64,000 bases of DNA, taken from the NCBI GenBank assembly GCA_965153285.1, contig OZ229113.1. One strand, 5' to 3'. The translations under genes were made by a program, and so were the position numbers. A model generated the notes under the pieces. The model had not been told where the DNA came from. It searched no databases and saw only the letters and a list, made by a program, of their open reading frames with translations. Position 1 is the stretch's first letter. Each line of letters opens with the position of its first letter. Positions 27,270-40,038 of this stretch are shown here, piece by piece. This DNA is from Podarcis tiliguerta. Taxonomy: Eukaryota.

Positions 27270-28205
27270 TATATGCCATCTCAATCCTTGCCCATCAAGG
27301 CTAATAAAATATGGTAGGAGCGGACTGACTTGACTGATGCAGGGAGTGGTTCCGTCTTTATAGAAGGGAGTTATCCCCACTTCCTGGAAAGGGCTTTGGA
27401 AAGGCATCTCTTAAAAAAGCCCTCCTTGGATCCAGGGATTTTAGAAAACTACTGTCGAATCTCTAATTCTCCCTTCTTGGCCATGAGGTAGGATCTGCTT
27501 CACCTATTTTTATGGATGTGTTGTTTTTTAGATTTTTATTCACCCACCACTGGGAGCTGTCATGCAGGGATGTAGGCAAAGTACCATTTGTATGCTGATG
27601 ACAAGCAGTTCTATTTTTCCATCTGAATCAGGACAGGCTGTGAAGGTGTTGGATCAGTGTCTGAAAGCAGTGAAGAGCTGGATGGGGGCCAGTAAACTGA
27701 GGTTGAATATTGTTAAGAAGGAGGTGCTATGGTAGGTGGTTCCTGTGTCTGGGAATTAGGTACATCATTGGGTCTGGGAGGGATTGCGCTCTCCCTCAGA
27801 AAGAAATTTTGAGTACTGGAAGTACTAATGGAGTAGAATTCAATGTCACAATATTACAAATGTTCCATCTGTTCAAGTATATCAGATTACCAGATAGAAC
27901 AATTCCCTTCCCTGCCCCTGCAGATCGTTCTGAGGGTTCTCCTCACCACCACCATCCTGGAGCCAATAACGGAAAGGGAAAGGGAGGAAAGCCTCATGGT
28001 GCAAGTGGTTTGGCACGTGAATCCCAGCTTGGAACTGGGGTCTCAAGTGGCTTCTGTGGCCAGGAGAATTATGCCCATTTTAGGATAAACTGCCATCTAC
28101 AGTTGTTCCTGGACTAGAATAGCCTGGTCCCAGTTGTCCATGCTCAAGCAATCTCCTACTTAAACTACTGCAATGGGGTGAATGTGGGGCTGCTCTTGAA
28201 GAAGC
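27270..28205 (+). mobile_element. Degenerate L2 LINE RT region with nested insertion
   Basis: LKKPSLDPGILENYCRISNSPFL (27410-27480), LYADDKQFYF (27588-27617) and ISYLNYCNGVNVGLLLK (~28150-28200) are L2 ORF2 motifs. An unrelated repeat sits at ~27834-28020. Confidence 0.85.
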
Positions 28206-29067
28206 TCTAAGCGGAATAATCACATTGAATTTAATTAGACTGCAGTGTAATGATATCTATTAAGGCAAACTAGAAACCACTTTACATTTCCTCCAAATAT
28301 AACTTAGCCCTTATGGAATAAATGCTTTTAATATTTATAAAACAAGGCAAGTAGTACTATATATTATGGATTTTTTTCAATTATTTTGCTCTGAGAGCAC
28401 TAAATATTAAATAACACCAACAGCATCAATCTATGGACTCGTTCTAAAAATGTATTATCAATATCTGTGCAGATGTTTTATTAAGTGACAAATGATGTTG
28501 AGAGCAATACATGGAAAGTATTACTATTATATTGATAGCGGTCACAGTTCAAATAAATTATGTTTTCACATATGGGAGATTATTCAGTTTAACCATATTA
28601 TTATTATTCAGTTTGACAATGGAAACTTCTTCAGCAGAACTAGGAAGGCTGTAATTGTTCATATTGTTCTGCTCCACGCACATTAGTAACTCACTTATAG
28701 CCTCAACTAAATTTGCAAGAACTCAGACCTATCATTGTGATTAGTCATGTTGATTAGATAAAGGGACTGATCAGAGGATCTTGTTAGTCACTGTGATGTG
28801 ACTTTCATCCCAACAGAAGCTTCAATCAAGGCAGTTTCAATGAAGTTTTTACTATAGAGAAGCAAGGCAATTGTGGGAGCATGCATGCCAAACTGACACA
28901 GGATGGAGTGTGTTACTAGTTTACTGACATGCACATTAAGTACCAGGAATGCAAAGCGTTGCAGCATTTCGGTGGTGGGCTGTGCCTCTAACCCACAGTA
29001 GAACACCTGTTGGAAACCCTCATGTGTTTTCCTGTGGGAAACTGTAGTGGCAGGAGCTTTCCAACTA

Positions 29068-29293
29068 CAGTGGTACCTCGGGTTATAGACACTTCAGGTT
29101 ACAGACTCCTCTAACCCAGAAATAGTACCTGGGGTTAAGAACTTTGCTTCAGGGTGAGAACAGAAATTGCACAGCAGCGGTGCGGCAGCAGCGGGAGGCC
29201 CCATTAGCTAAAGTGGTGCTTCAGGTTAAGAACAGTTTCAGGTTAAAAACGGACCTCCATAACTAATTAAGTTCTTAACATGAGGTACCACTG
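29068..29293. mobile_element. Tc1/mariner (Tigger/pogo-like) MITE, 226 bp
   Basis: Perfect TIR CAGTGGTACCTC / GAGGTACCACTG with TA target duplication at 29066-67 and 29294-95. Confidence 0.93.
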
Positions 29294-30017
29294 TATAGTA
29301 AACAATGTACAAACACTACTATTGGTGACTTGAAGTTTAACTCCACTTCTGGTGGAGTATGGGAAGAAGAATTCTATGGTTGATTTAAGAATGTCATTGG
29401 AAATTCTATTTTCAGATATTTTCAGCAGTTTGAGTTTCCTTCATAAGAAGGTGGCTTCTGTCTTTTAGAGGAACCTAGAGAATACCTCTCATACAACACA
29501 AATGAATAAGCATAAGTCTGAAAATGGCTAGAGGTGAATGTCTGCAAGAGAGACTATCCTTTCTCAAACTCTCATTAGTTGGTACAATGAGTTCAAGTCT
29601 GGTGACATTACATCTATTTTTATAAACAAAAAAGACATGAAGGAGTGTGTGTGCTGCTTAGATGAGATATTAACTTATCAGCTTTTAATATTATTTGATT
29701 TCCAATAAAAAACCCAAAAACATTATTAGATAGGAAATGTGTTTACTGCACCACAGCAAACTACAGCACACAATCCTATGCAAATTAAGACACATTTCCT
29801 TTAATTCACGACAAGGTATGACGGTGATACACTTTTTCCTCCCTTGAACAAAGTCCAGTTTATATGCATTACTGAAGCTAACTTTCTCACAACTCTAGCC
29901 CAAGCTGTTTCAAGCTCTTCTCCCACGTGCACCCCTTCCTTCCCCAAACATGCTCTTGATCCTTTGCAGTTAATACACACGTACGCAAGCAAAAGGGGAA
30001 TCATAATCCAAAATTTA

Positions 30018-30125
<108 letters not shown>

Positions 30126-33100
30126 CTAAGAAAAAGACATCATGGGAAAAAAATTGTAAAGTTCTTGCAAACTACTGCCATCCAATATAAACGTCTCACC
30201 CATCTAACATCTCTCTAACAGCATTTGTGTAATACCACTAACACATGCCACTGGAATACCAAGTGTTTCTATCAGAAGAAAATACATGTAAACTCCTTTT
30301 ATTTGATGCGGCAGGTGTCTCTAGGTGCAACTCATTTGTATGCAATGGTTCACAATGTGGATTGAGAGGTGTCTTCATAGCACTGCAAAAATATTGTAGT
30401 GACATGGGGGGGAAATCCCAATCCACATGGCAAAACTGAAATGAACTATATGTCAGTGGCGCTATTTAAGGTGGGAACAATTTCATATTCACTGATCTCA
30501 GGTGTAAGGTTAAATATGAAGATAACCAGAGAAAGTGTCCATTTTATAAGTAGAATCCATAGGCACTCCATTATAAACACTAAACACAATCCCTTGAAAA
30601 TGGCAAATCCAGGGTAGTATTGAATCAAAGCACATCCTGTGAAAAGTGCATACAGATTTAAATAGTGAACTTTAAAATTGGGGGGGGGGGTCACAGGGGA
30701 GACTACAATGCCATCGATATTCTAAGTGATTTGAGATGCCAAAATTTTAATAATTAGAAACCAGCTCGGCTGACCAAAACATCACTACATGTATTTCTCA
30801 GGAACATAAATAGTATAAACTCATATTGTTTAAAATCCAATATTTTAAAAGGCACATTGTAATTCTGAGATACTGAAATAGTGACTATATAGTCGAGAAT
30901 TTAAAAACAACTGAAAACTATAAAAGCAATTCAGCGAAACTGCAGAACCTGTGAGCCTTCTATTTACCCACTAGATCTACAAAAGTATTATTCTGCAAAG
31001 GAAGGAATGTATTTTGATCAAAGAACTATATATAGAATTTGTATATAACCAATTCATACTTGCTGATTAATATGGATCACAAAGATAAATAAAATATGCC
31101 TAGTTTTAGAAATAGTACATGAACTGAGGCCTCTATGGAACACATGAGCTATATTTTTATGACCTAGGGAATGTTTATATGTGTTATAACACTGGTTGAA
31201 TACTAACCTACATCTAAGGTGCTTTATGGATCATCACATTCAAAAATGTTCTAGTCAAGTGGAATTAAATAGTTGCTGGGAGAAGCTAAATTCCTCTAGC
31301 GTGCTATCTTTCCATCTTGTATCACACAATGTAGACTACATGCCCCAGGATACTACCAAAGCATATTTTAGTTGATCCTCTTCCACTTTTACAACAACCC
31401 ATATGATATTTTCTAGATGAGGGCAATAGTTTTAATGGTCTTCTACATATTCACATTATTAGACCACGGCATTTAGTAATGAAATCTTGTTTTATTTTAG
31501 TTGTAGAAAGCTAATTGGAGCAGGCCAATGCCCTCCTGAATCCTTCTAAATGCCTCCTTTAGGCACTGTCACCAAAAAAATATCCTGAGGAATTTAGGTT
31601 GATTCCCAGAGGCTGGTCAGTAAATGATGCTATTCCTGACCAGCTTTGCACAGCATATTATGACTCCTCCAACAGTGCTGTCTGTATGGTTCAGCACTAC
31701 GGCAGGCGTACATTGATGTGTAAATGTGGCATTAAGTCAATCTTTCACCTTCTCCTAGTCCATCTGGAAGAATTTGATTTGCTGGGTTTTTCCTTTGAGG
31801 GGACATTCCTTTGAGGGGATTGAGCATTACCCATGTGGTGTTCAATTTCATTTTCCACCTTTGAGCATTTCAGCGTGTTTTTGGAGTAGGCTCTGAGGAG
31901 GTGAACTGCATTTTTTTGACACTGCGTATGATTTGGATGGTTTCCTGTTTGTGGGCCTGGCTACAACTGGGTCTTTATGATGAAATAATTTGCTCATTTG
32001 CTTGACATTTTGGGTGTGCCACTTGCTCAAGAAAAAAAGGAGGGACCTTCACCTGTGATTCTCTGTCTCAAGAAACACTCAAGGCAGTGTGCAGAATAAG
32101 ATGGGGGGGGGGGATAATGGCTGTTTTACTTCCATTGCAGAGTACATATCTGAAAGATTACCCTTTATCATTTACAATGAAGAGCCAGAAGAATTCACAG
32201 AAATAGCTCCCCTATTTTTAAAAAAAAGATATTCAAGACCTTACAGAGCCTGAAAGCTTTAATCCATGAAGTGATGATGGGCTGTAAATGTATTTTTTCT
32301 ATGCCATCTACTAACAGCATCAAAGACAACGGTAAATTTCCTACAGAGTAACTTCACTGACACTGAACAGCAGAGAGGATAAATTGTGTTCAGAGTACAA
32401 CACAAGCATGCCATATCTAACCACTGGTTTCTTTATGGAATTGAAATGACAGTAAAATGCAATATACATTCTAGAACCTTTACAGATTTTACAGCAGAGG
32501 CAAACCTCTCTGCAGGATGAAATTTATTTTGCTACTATTACCGAAAGCATTCTATTATCATGGCAAGGCAGGGCTAGCCTTAATATGGGAATGAGGGTCC
32601 ACCTCAGGCAGTACATTTTAGGTGCTGCTACAGCTTTGATCCAGCCTTGTATCAAATGCTAAACTCAAGAAAACAGAGTCTTTTTCCAGCAGTATTATGT
32701 TGATACTGTTACTTCAACTTGTCCTTTTTCTTTTATTCTTCCTCCAAATCTGTACACCGTCTGACCTCTGGTGGCTTGAATGGGGCAAGGGGCGCCATAG
32801 TACTTTATAACTATATTGAGCTTTAGAGTCTTGTCAGCCTGCTTTGCATAAGGGACCAGCACTAAGGAACAGCAATTTGTTATCCTTTTAATGTAAAAAT
32901 ATCAAGTTATAACTAGCACCAATAAAGAGCTGCTAGATTATCTTTAAATAGCCTGTGTCCCAAAACAAATTTCGTGCTTTTACTTAAAAAACAACAAAAA
33001 ATAGACATTTGGCCGCTGATTGTTTTCTGAAACAGTACACATAAAGCAAGCAAAATCCAGAACTCAAAAAACAAGTTAGTTCAACATAGCTGAAGATAGT

Positions 33101-36100
33101 ACATGTCTCAATTTTCATAGTCATGACATAAAGCACATACCCCTTTTCAGGTACGTAGCCACAGACAATTTTATGTCATTACTCTGAAGATAATAAGGGC
33201 ATAAATATGCAAAGATGAGAAATGTCAAGCAAATTAGTCCACTCTAGGGAGACAGAACACCTAAAGCATTCACAGCAGAAAAGGCACAGGTGGGAGGATG
33301 CGCTGCAGAAGATCTTCCTTGAAGCACAGAGATTTATTTTATTTCTAAATATTAAAAGAAAAAGCTTCAAAACAAACTGCGTTATTCAGACAAATAGGAT
33401 ATAAGATGTAACTATGTTTAGACTACCTTTTTTCTAACAGTCATTTAATGAAATAAAGACAATAGCTTGGATATTCATTAGTGTTCAACACAGTAACTCC
33501 TTATGTCCATTGAAGAAACAGATTCAGCAGAGGCTTCCATTGGAGTAGGGAATGGTGCAGGATTTTTTGCTGCTGTCACTTTACTCCTGCGGCCCCTAGC
33601 TTCTGTACTGCTTCTAATGGCAGGAGCACCCCACGAGCAGACTTCTAGAAGATGCTTCATGAGGTGGCAAGGTATCACCAAATAAATAAGCTACAGCAAC
33701 TGTTCTATATAATACAATTGCCAAACACTTGTTCCACATACTACATAGTGGTGTTCAGGGTTTATACTTGAACAGAGTATTTATCTCTGACATACTTAAA
33801 ACAGGAACACCTTCTGAGTGTGAATAAGGGGTTTTAATGTGCATCTTTCAGTAATATAAATCCCCAAGATTTTGAGGCACCTATCATGTTCTGATAGGAG
33901 ATAATCCAGTTAATCTCTCTGTAAAAAAAACTTTTGAGTAACATTACAAAGAGAATATGTAACCTGCGTGATTTAGTTTAAGGAACTTTTTGATTGGATT
34001 CTTAGATACTGTATGGATCAAAAACTGAGATTTACTAAACTCAGATGTTGTTTACAAGTCTGAGAACAACTCTGTCTTGTCTAAACAACATTGTTATACC
34101 AACACTAATCTTTCTCTTATCACATATTAGAAACAGTCAAAAAATTGCAAATTAACTTAGCAATGTCTGGATGTTATAATCAGTACTGCTTTGCGAAAGG
34201 TCTCTATGTTTATTATACATATATTTAAACTTTTAACATAATTGTCACAGTTTATACATTTTGCATGTTATTTGCTTTTGACTATTTACATTCCCCCCGC
34301 TGTATCCATATGCATATATCAACTGAGGATAGCACTGCATGCATTTCATAAAAGGAAATTGGGGCCCCTCTAGAATGACCCTTTATGCAGGTATTCTGCA
34401 ACATGCCATTGATGCAATACTAATGTATCAGTGGCGGATTTATACTGGACAGTTCATATACATTCTGCTTTATTAATTGCTTTGCAATGCTTTCCAATGT
34501 TACCATATTATTACCGCTGGGCAAGGGGCAATCTTGTGCTACAGCACAACAAAATCAGAACAGCAATAAACCAAAAAAATTGTGGGGGGAAAAGGATTTC
34601 AGCAGGAAGCTATGGGCATATAGTGATTAGAAATGAAGCAGTACATTTACCCTAAAATATTTTCAGGCACAACCAGTATTGAAAGTGTCATTCATATAAG
34701 CACCTTGATACTATCATGATCACAAATCATCATGATTGTACAGTAAGAATGATGTCTGGTTCATTCATAAACCTATGCCATAAAAAATTTGCTACATAGC
34801 ATTCTAGAGAGGTTAATCCTAATATGTTTCTCAATGGCTACTGATAGAATTGATTATATGATATTAGTGGTTTTACCTGTAAAACCTGCCACTGTATTTC
34901 TATTGGTACTTAGCTGTGAAGTTTAAGAATGGTGGTGATTGGTTACTTGGTATTTCCCTGCCTTCCCTGAAAAGTGCCCACAAGTCCATCCTGTTCTCTT
35001 TCTGTTCAAGTTTGTGTCTTGCTGTTTGAACTCGGGAATTTAATTGTTCAGGAATGCCAAATTAGATTTTATCAGCACAATGATAAAAATGCACTTCTGA
35101 CTTTTCTTTTCTATCAAGATTCCAGCCCTACAGTTGACACCAAAAACTAAATATAGAGTTGCTGATCAATGCTGAATCCAGGCAAAAGTGACATAATGAT
35201 CCCTGACAGGTTAAAAAAGTGTTAGTTGAACAAGTCCAATTCATATTTTGAGAATCTAGATCACAGAAACACACACCAGTGATAGTAATTAAACCAGTGA
35301 TGTAAAATCTCTACCCTCCTCCTACAAACCAACCCATCTGGATAAAAAACTGCAAATTGATCATAATCATATGAATGAATCTTGATGCTTCTTAACCACT
35401 ACAGCTATTTTCTTGCCTGTGTCTTAAAATTCTGCAAGCTATACCTTACCTCAGGCTTTGCACATGGTATACAACTTCCTCATACATTTATCACTGATCA
35501 CAGTATATCCCTAGCAGCATGCAATTGTGCAAGGCTATCCAAAGACATATATTCTTTGATATGACAAATGGTGCACTAAATTAATAATGCCTAACATCCC
35601 AACAATGTCAGTAGCAATTAAGCCTTAGAGCCCTCAAATATAAAAGGGATAAAGGCTGAAATGCATTCATTAAAAAATAAGCAGCCAGCTCATTTCCTGC
35701 CCACTCTTCCATCCTTTCTATCTTGTTTTTATCTCCTATAGTTCAACCATTTGGTTCCTAAAAACCACTCACAATAAAAAGTTGGCAAAAAAAATTTACT
35801 TCACTTTGTTCCTTATTTCCATCCTTCTAGAGCTCATATTGCCTATACCTTAGCTGAAGAGGTTTTACTTGTCTTTGTTGCCTGTGCCTTCTTTTAACAT
35901 GAATTATTGTAATTCATTTACCGTATCTTCTGTTGTTATCATTATTTCCAGTTGGCAACAGTAAGAAATGGGGGTCAGTGGTGAGAAATTTCAGGCTCAG
36001 AGGATGAATGGGATCCCCCCCCCCGACTTCTTTATCCTGCCCTCAGACCTCACCCCAGACTGCAACCCTCACCATTTGTGCATCACATTTTCCTTGAGTG

Positions 36101-37807
36101 CTGTTGCCTAGCTTGACTGTATTATTGAACTGTGATAATAATCTTGCTTTCTTCTTACAATAATGGGTAGATGCATGTACATGCACACAGAAACCTGTGG
36201 CATTTGTGTGGCTGGAATGTAGCCTACTGAACAAAAGTTAAGAGTCACATCCATTGCTCTGCCCACCATAGGCCTGGGCCCCAAGAAGGTTTCCCTACAT
36301 GGTAATGCAGCCCTTGTTCCCTGCTTTTTATATAGACGATAAATAACTTTCAGATAAATCAAACGTTCTATAGGAAATTGGGTTACCCAGCTGTTCTGCT
36401 TACATTTTCCTACATACAAAAATCTGGAAGACCCTTCAAAACTGCTGAATACCCATGATAATCATAGCAAGGTTTGAAGACACCCATTCACACTTTTATA
36501 GCAATCATTATTGCAGACATTTAAGTAGCTTACACAAATTTAGCTCATGAAACATTTTTCAATGATAGGTGTCAAAAATAGTTTACATAAGCAGCGAACC
36601 ATTACAACTCAATACTTTACAGAATCCCCAAATAACATGTTTTGCCAGGAAATTGATACCACTTGGCTCTGCCCTAAAGAGCTTACTGTCTGCAAAATAC
36701 AGTGGGGAAAGGCAAAAGTTAAAAATTTGAAGATACATTCAATGTTTCTGTCATCCATTTTTTGTTCTTGAAGTACTCTTAAGAGGCATAACTTTACTGT
36801 ACCATATACAGTGTAAACAAATAATGAACAAACAGCTCCATGCATGGAGAACCTTGCCATCTAAACCGACAAAGCAGCAGAAAACCAATCATAGAGGCTT
36901 GAAACATAGAAAATTTACAGTAAAATAAAATCGTTTTGGTCACATCTTAAAGGGCACTTCTGGAAGAAGAAAACAATAAAAGGAGAGCTGAATTAGGAAA
37001 GGTTTACGAATCCCAGTGAAACCATGAAGAACCAACATTAGTTACGATATGTGAGATGGAAAAAACAGCAGACAATGGTACTGAAAATGGTCTTTACCTG
37101 AACTGGTGGCACTGAGACAAGTATGAGATTACGAATGAACGGCAGTATAGTACTACAGTAGGAATGGAAGGTTTGGGCAGGGCAGAGTGCATCAAGTACA
37201 GTATGAACAAATTTTGAAAATATTTAAATAGTATCCAGTCTTAAAAAGCTTCAGGTGACATATAAAAAGTATCCATTAAAATAAAGACTTTGAGCTTTAT
37301 CACATGCTGCAGTACTGCTGGTACATCAGACCTCTTTATGTGAAAACAGAACTACTTCTTCAGCCCCACCACAACCTCAAAAAGAGCTGCATAGGGTTGG
37401 CAGAGCCTCCAGAACACTTGTGGGGCGCAGGGTAGGAGAGGAAATTGAAAATTTGTTGCACAAGTAGAATTTCTTGCTCAGCCTTGGCTACAACCCTTAG
37501 CGCTTTTAACTGTTGCATAAACATTCATATCAAATATGAGGAACTTATTGTAAATATACCGAAGGAGTTCATATAAGTAACAACATTATCAATAAATCTT
37601 GCTATAACAGGGGGGGAAAACATTTTCCTAAATTAACCAGGATTTTTTCCTGCATTATGTAACCAATATGGAAGTGTTTTCTTTAAGAACATTCAGCTGC
37701 TACATATAAATTTATTTTATGGGATGCAAGAAATCCACATCCCAGGCCTGAACCCATTAACCTAGAAGCAACTTCATTAAATATCTGATTGCATTCAGAG
37801 CCTCTCG

Positions 37808-37886
37808 CTGCAATCCTACACCTACTTACCTGGGAGTAAGCACCATTGAACTCAACTTCTGAGTAGACATGTATAGGATTGCACTG
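37808..37886. repeat. Family A hairpin repeat, best-preserved copy
   Basis: Perfect inverted ends TGCAATCCTA (37809-37818) and TAGGATTGCA (37874-37883). Confidence 0.75.
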
Positions 37887-38113
37887 TGAGCTCCTCATTA
37901 ATGCGACTCAGGACGTAAAGGAGGGACACAGGTTTGCAAGCTTACCAACCTCTAGAGATACAGTACTTAAAAGAGGTAGCTTTCAACTGGTACTATTTTT
38001 TTCAATATTTCCTTAAGAATTTTATACAGTAATTATTAATATGCAATTTCCACTAGCTGACTAAAGATCACATTTACAAATAGAAGAACTAGATATGCCA
38101 AATACAGGTCTTA

Positions 38114-38293
<180 letters not shown>

Positions 38294-39216
38294 CTAGAAA
38301 TAAAAAAGTGTATTTTCCGTTAACAATCAAGAATATGAAAACTCATTAACACAGTGGACAGTAATCATGTTTGGCCTTTAAAATACATTATTATATATTC
38401 AAATTAAATTCCTATTTTATCTAAGTGGCAATGAATATCATTCTTTGGGGAATAAGCATATTCCTTGTCCCTTATTCTAGAAAGATCATGATTAGAGGAC
38501 AATCAAAAAAACCTCGAATTCTTCTACCTGAGCAGGACTGGGGAAAGGATTCAAATAGCATCAACATCTCTACACTTATCCCTACTTCCATGGTGGTGCC
38601 ATGTAAAAAATGGTTTAAGGGCTGTTCAGACAGTCTGGACCTGACTTAGATTTTGTTCTTGATTTTTTTCTTGAATAATTGGCTTAAGAATACAACAAGG
38701 TACCTATTTTCAGACTACAATGGCACTGTGCAATCTAGAAATATTTACATTCACTTTTTAACACCTCCTTTTCTTGTACTGCTCTATCAGCACCCTCACG
38801 ATGGAGAGTATTGAGGTTTTTGATTTAAATACAAATTAGAAGTTTTCCACTGACACGCACAAGATGCTGGTAAATTCTGTAATATACTATATCTCAAATG
38901 TTCCATTTGATTTATTATTCCATGGGTGTGCAGTGCACAGCCACCTACCATTAAAGAAGATGTAGGAAATCCAGGTTAAAATATCAACCCAGTTCTCAAG
39001 TTCGGAGTAGCCTTGGGCACAGCCTTGCCTCCCTTGTTGTATTGCTGTGAGGTTAAAGCAACCAGCTAAATCCAAAATTCCACAAAGAGAAGGCTGCTTA
39101 CAAAATTTGATTTTTTTTCTTCCGACCTTGAAACAGCCTTCTCAATGGACACTTTTGAAAAGCATGGGCTGTGGCATAGGGGCTTCAGGGGAAAAGTTAT
39201 CTACCAGCAATCAAGC

Positions 39217-39251
39217 AGAGGTACTATATGTTAGAGGTACTATATGTTAGA
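39217..39251. repeat. 16-bp tandem duplication
   Basis: AGAGGTACTATATGTT x2 followed by AGA. Confidence 0.9.
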
Positions 39252-39996
39252 CAAGGAATTGGGACTAGAGCTATACTTACATTATTTACAGCCACTAGTT
39301 TACCAGAATCCATATCACAGTACAGAATCAGATTAATGCATATTATAAGCATGCATATACACACTGTCTTTCAAAATATAAGAGAAGGAGGAAGTGAATC
39401 CTTGCTTCATAGAAGACACAAAGATTGGAGAGAAACCAGGAGGAACTACAAATCTATGATTCTATGAAGCAGAGGGGAGTAGAATGCACAAACAGGAGGA
39501 AAGGGAAGCAAGAAACTCTGTGGATTAATGAGGATTAATGTGAATATTTATAAAAAGAGCCAGAAAGAGTGGGAAGAATGGTCTCTCTATTGTTAGGAAG
39601 TAAGGACACCCTTTAGGGCTCTGATGACTCTCATTGTAAGAGAAAGCTTCATATCATATTTGACTTTTTGATTACTTTTGCACTTTAAAAGATAATGCTC
39701 AAGATAATGCTGAAGTGATCAAAGACTATTAAAGGAAACAAGGGGGATCTGAAAGAAAATGTTGCACTGTGCTATTCCCTTTTTCAGGATAAACCATTAT
39801 ATTTCTCTTCTTCCTCCAACAGTCAGCCAGCTTTGTGGTCACTAAGCATATACAATACTCACTGAGCTGTTTTTTTTTGGGGGGGGGGGCTGTAACCCTT
39901 GTCAGCCTGCATGGTGCAGTTTTTGTTCCTATAAGAATTGGCACTCAAATAATTGAGTTCATTATCAGCATATATTATTTTAAAAATTCTACTTAC

Positions 39997-40038
39997 CACA
40001 TGAAGAATTTTGTTCTCTGTTTCATATACTGTGCAATC
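39997..40038 (-). CDS. CNKSR2: CNKSR2 coding exon 5, 42 nt
   Basis: DCTVYETENKILHV (inside ORF 39859..40071). Acceptor ttttttttcag|GAT, donor GTG|gtaagt. Confidence 0.96.

Noticed and set aside
27710-28117. 135-aa ORF with HHHH and GKGKGGK
   Set aside because: Off-frame reading across an L2 remnant and a nested repeat.
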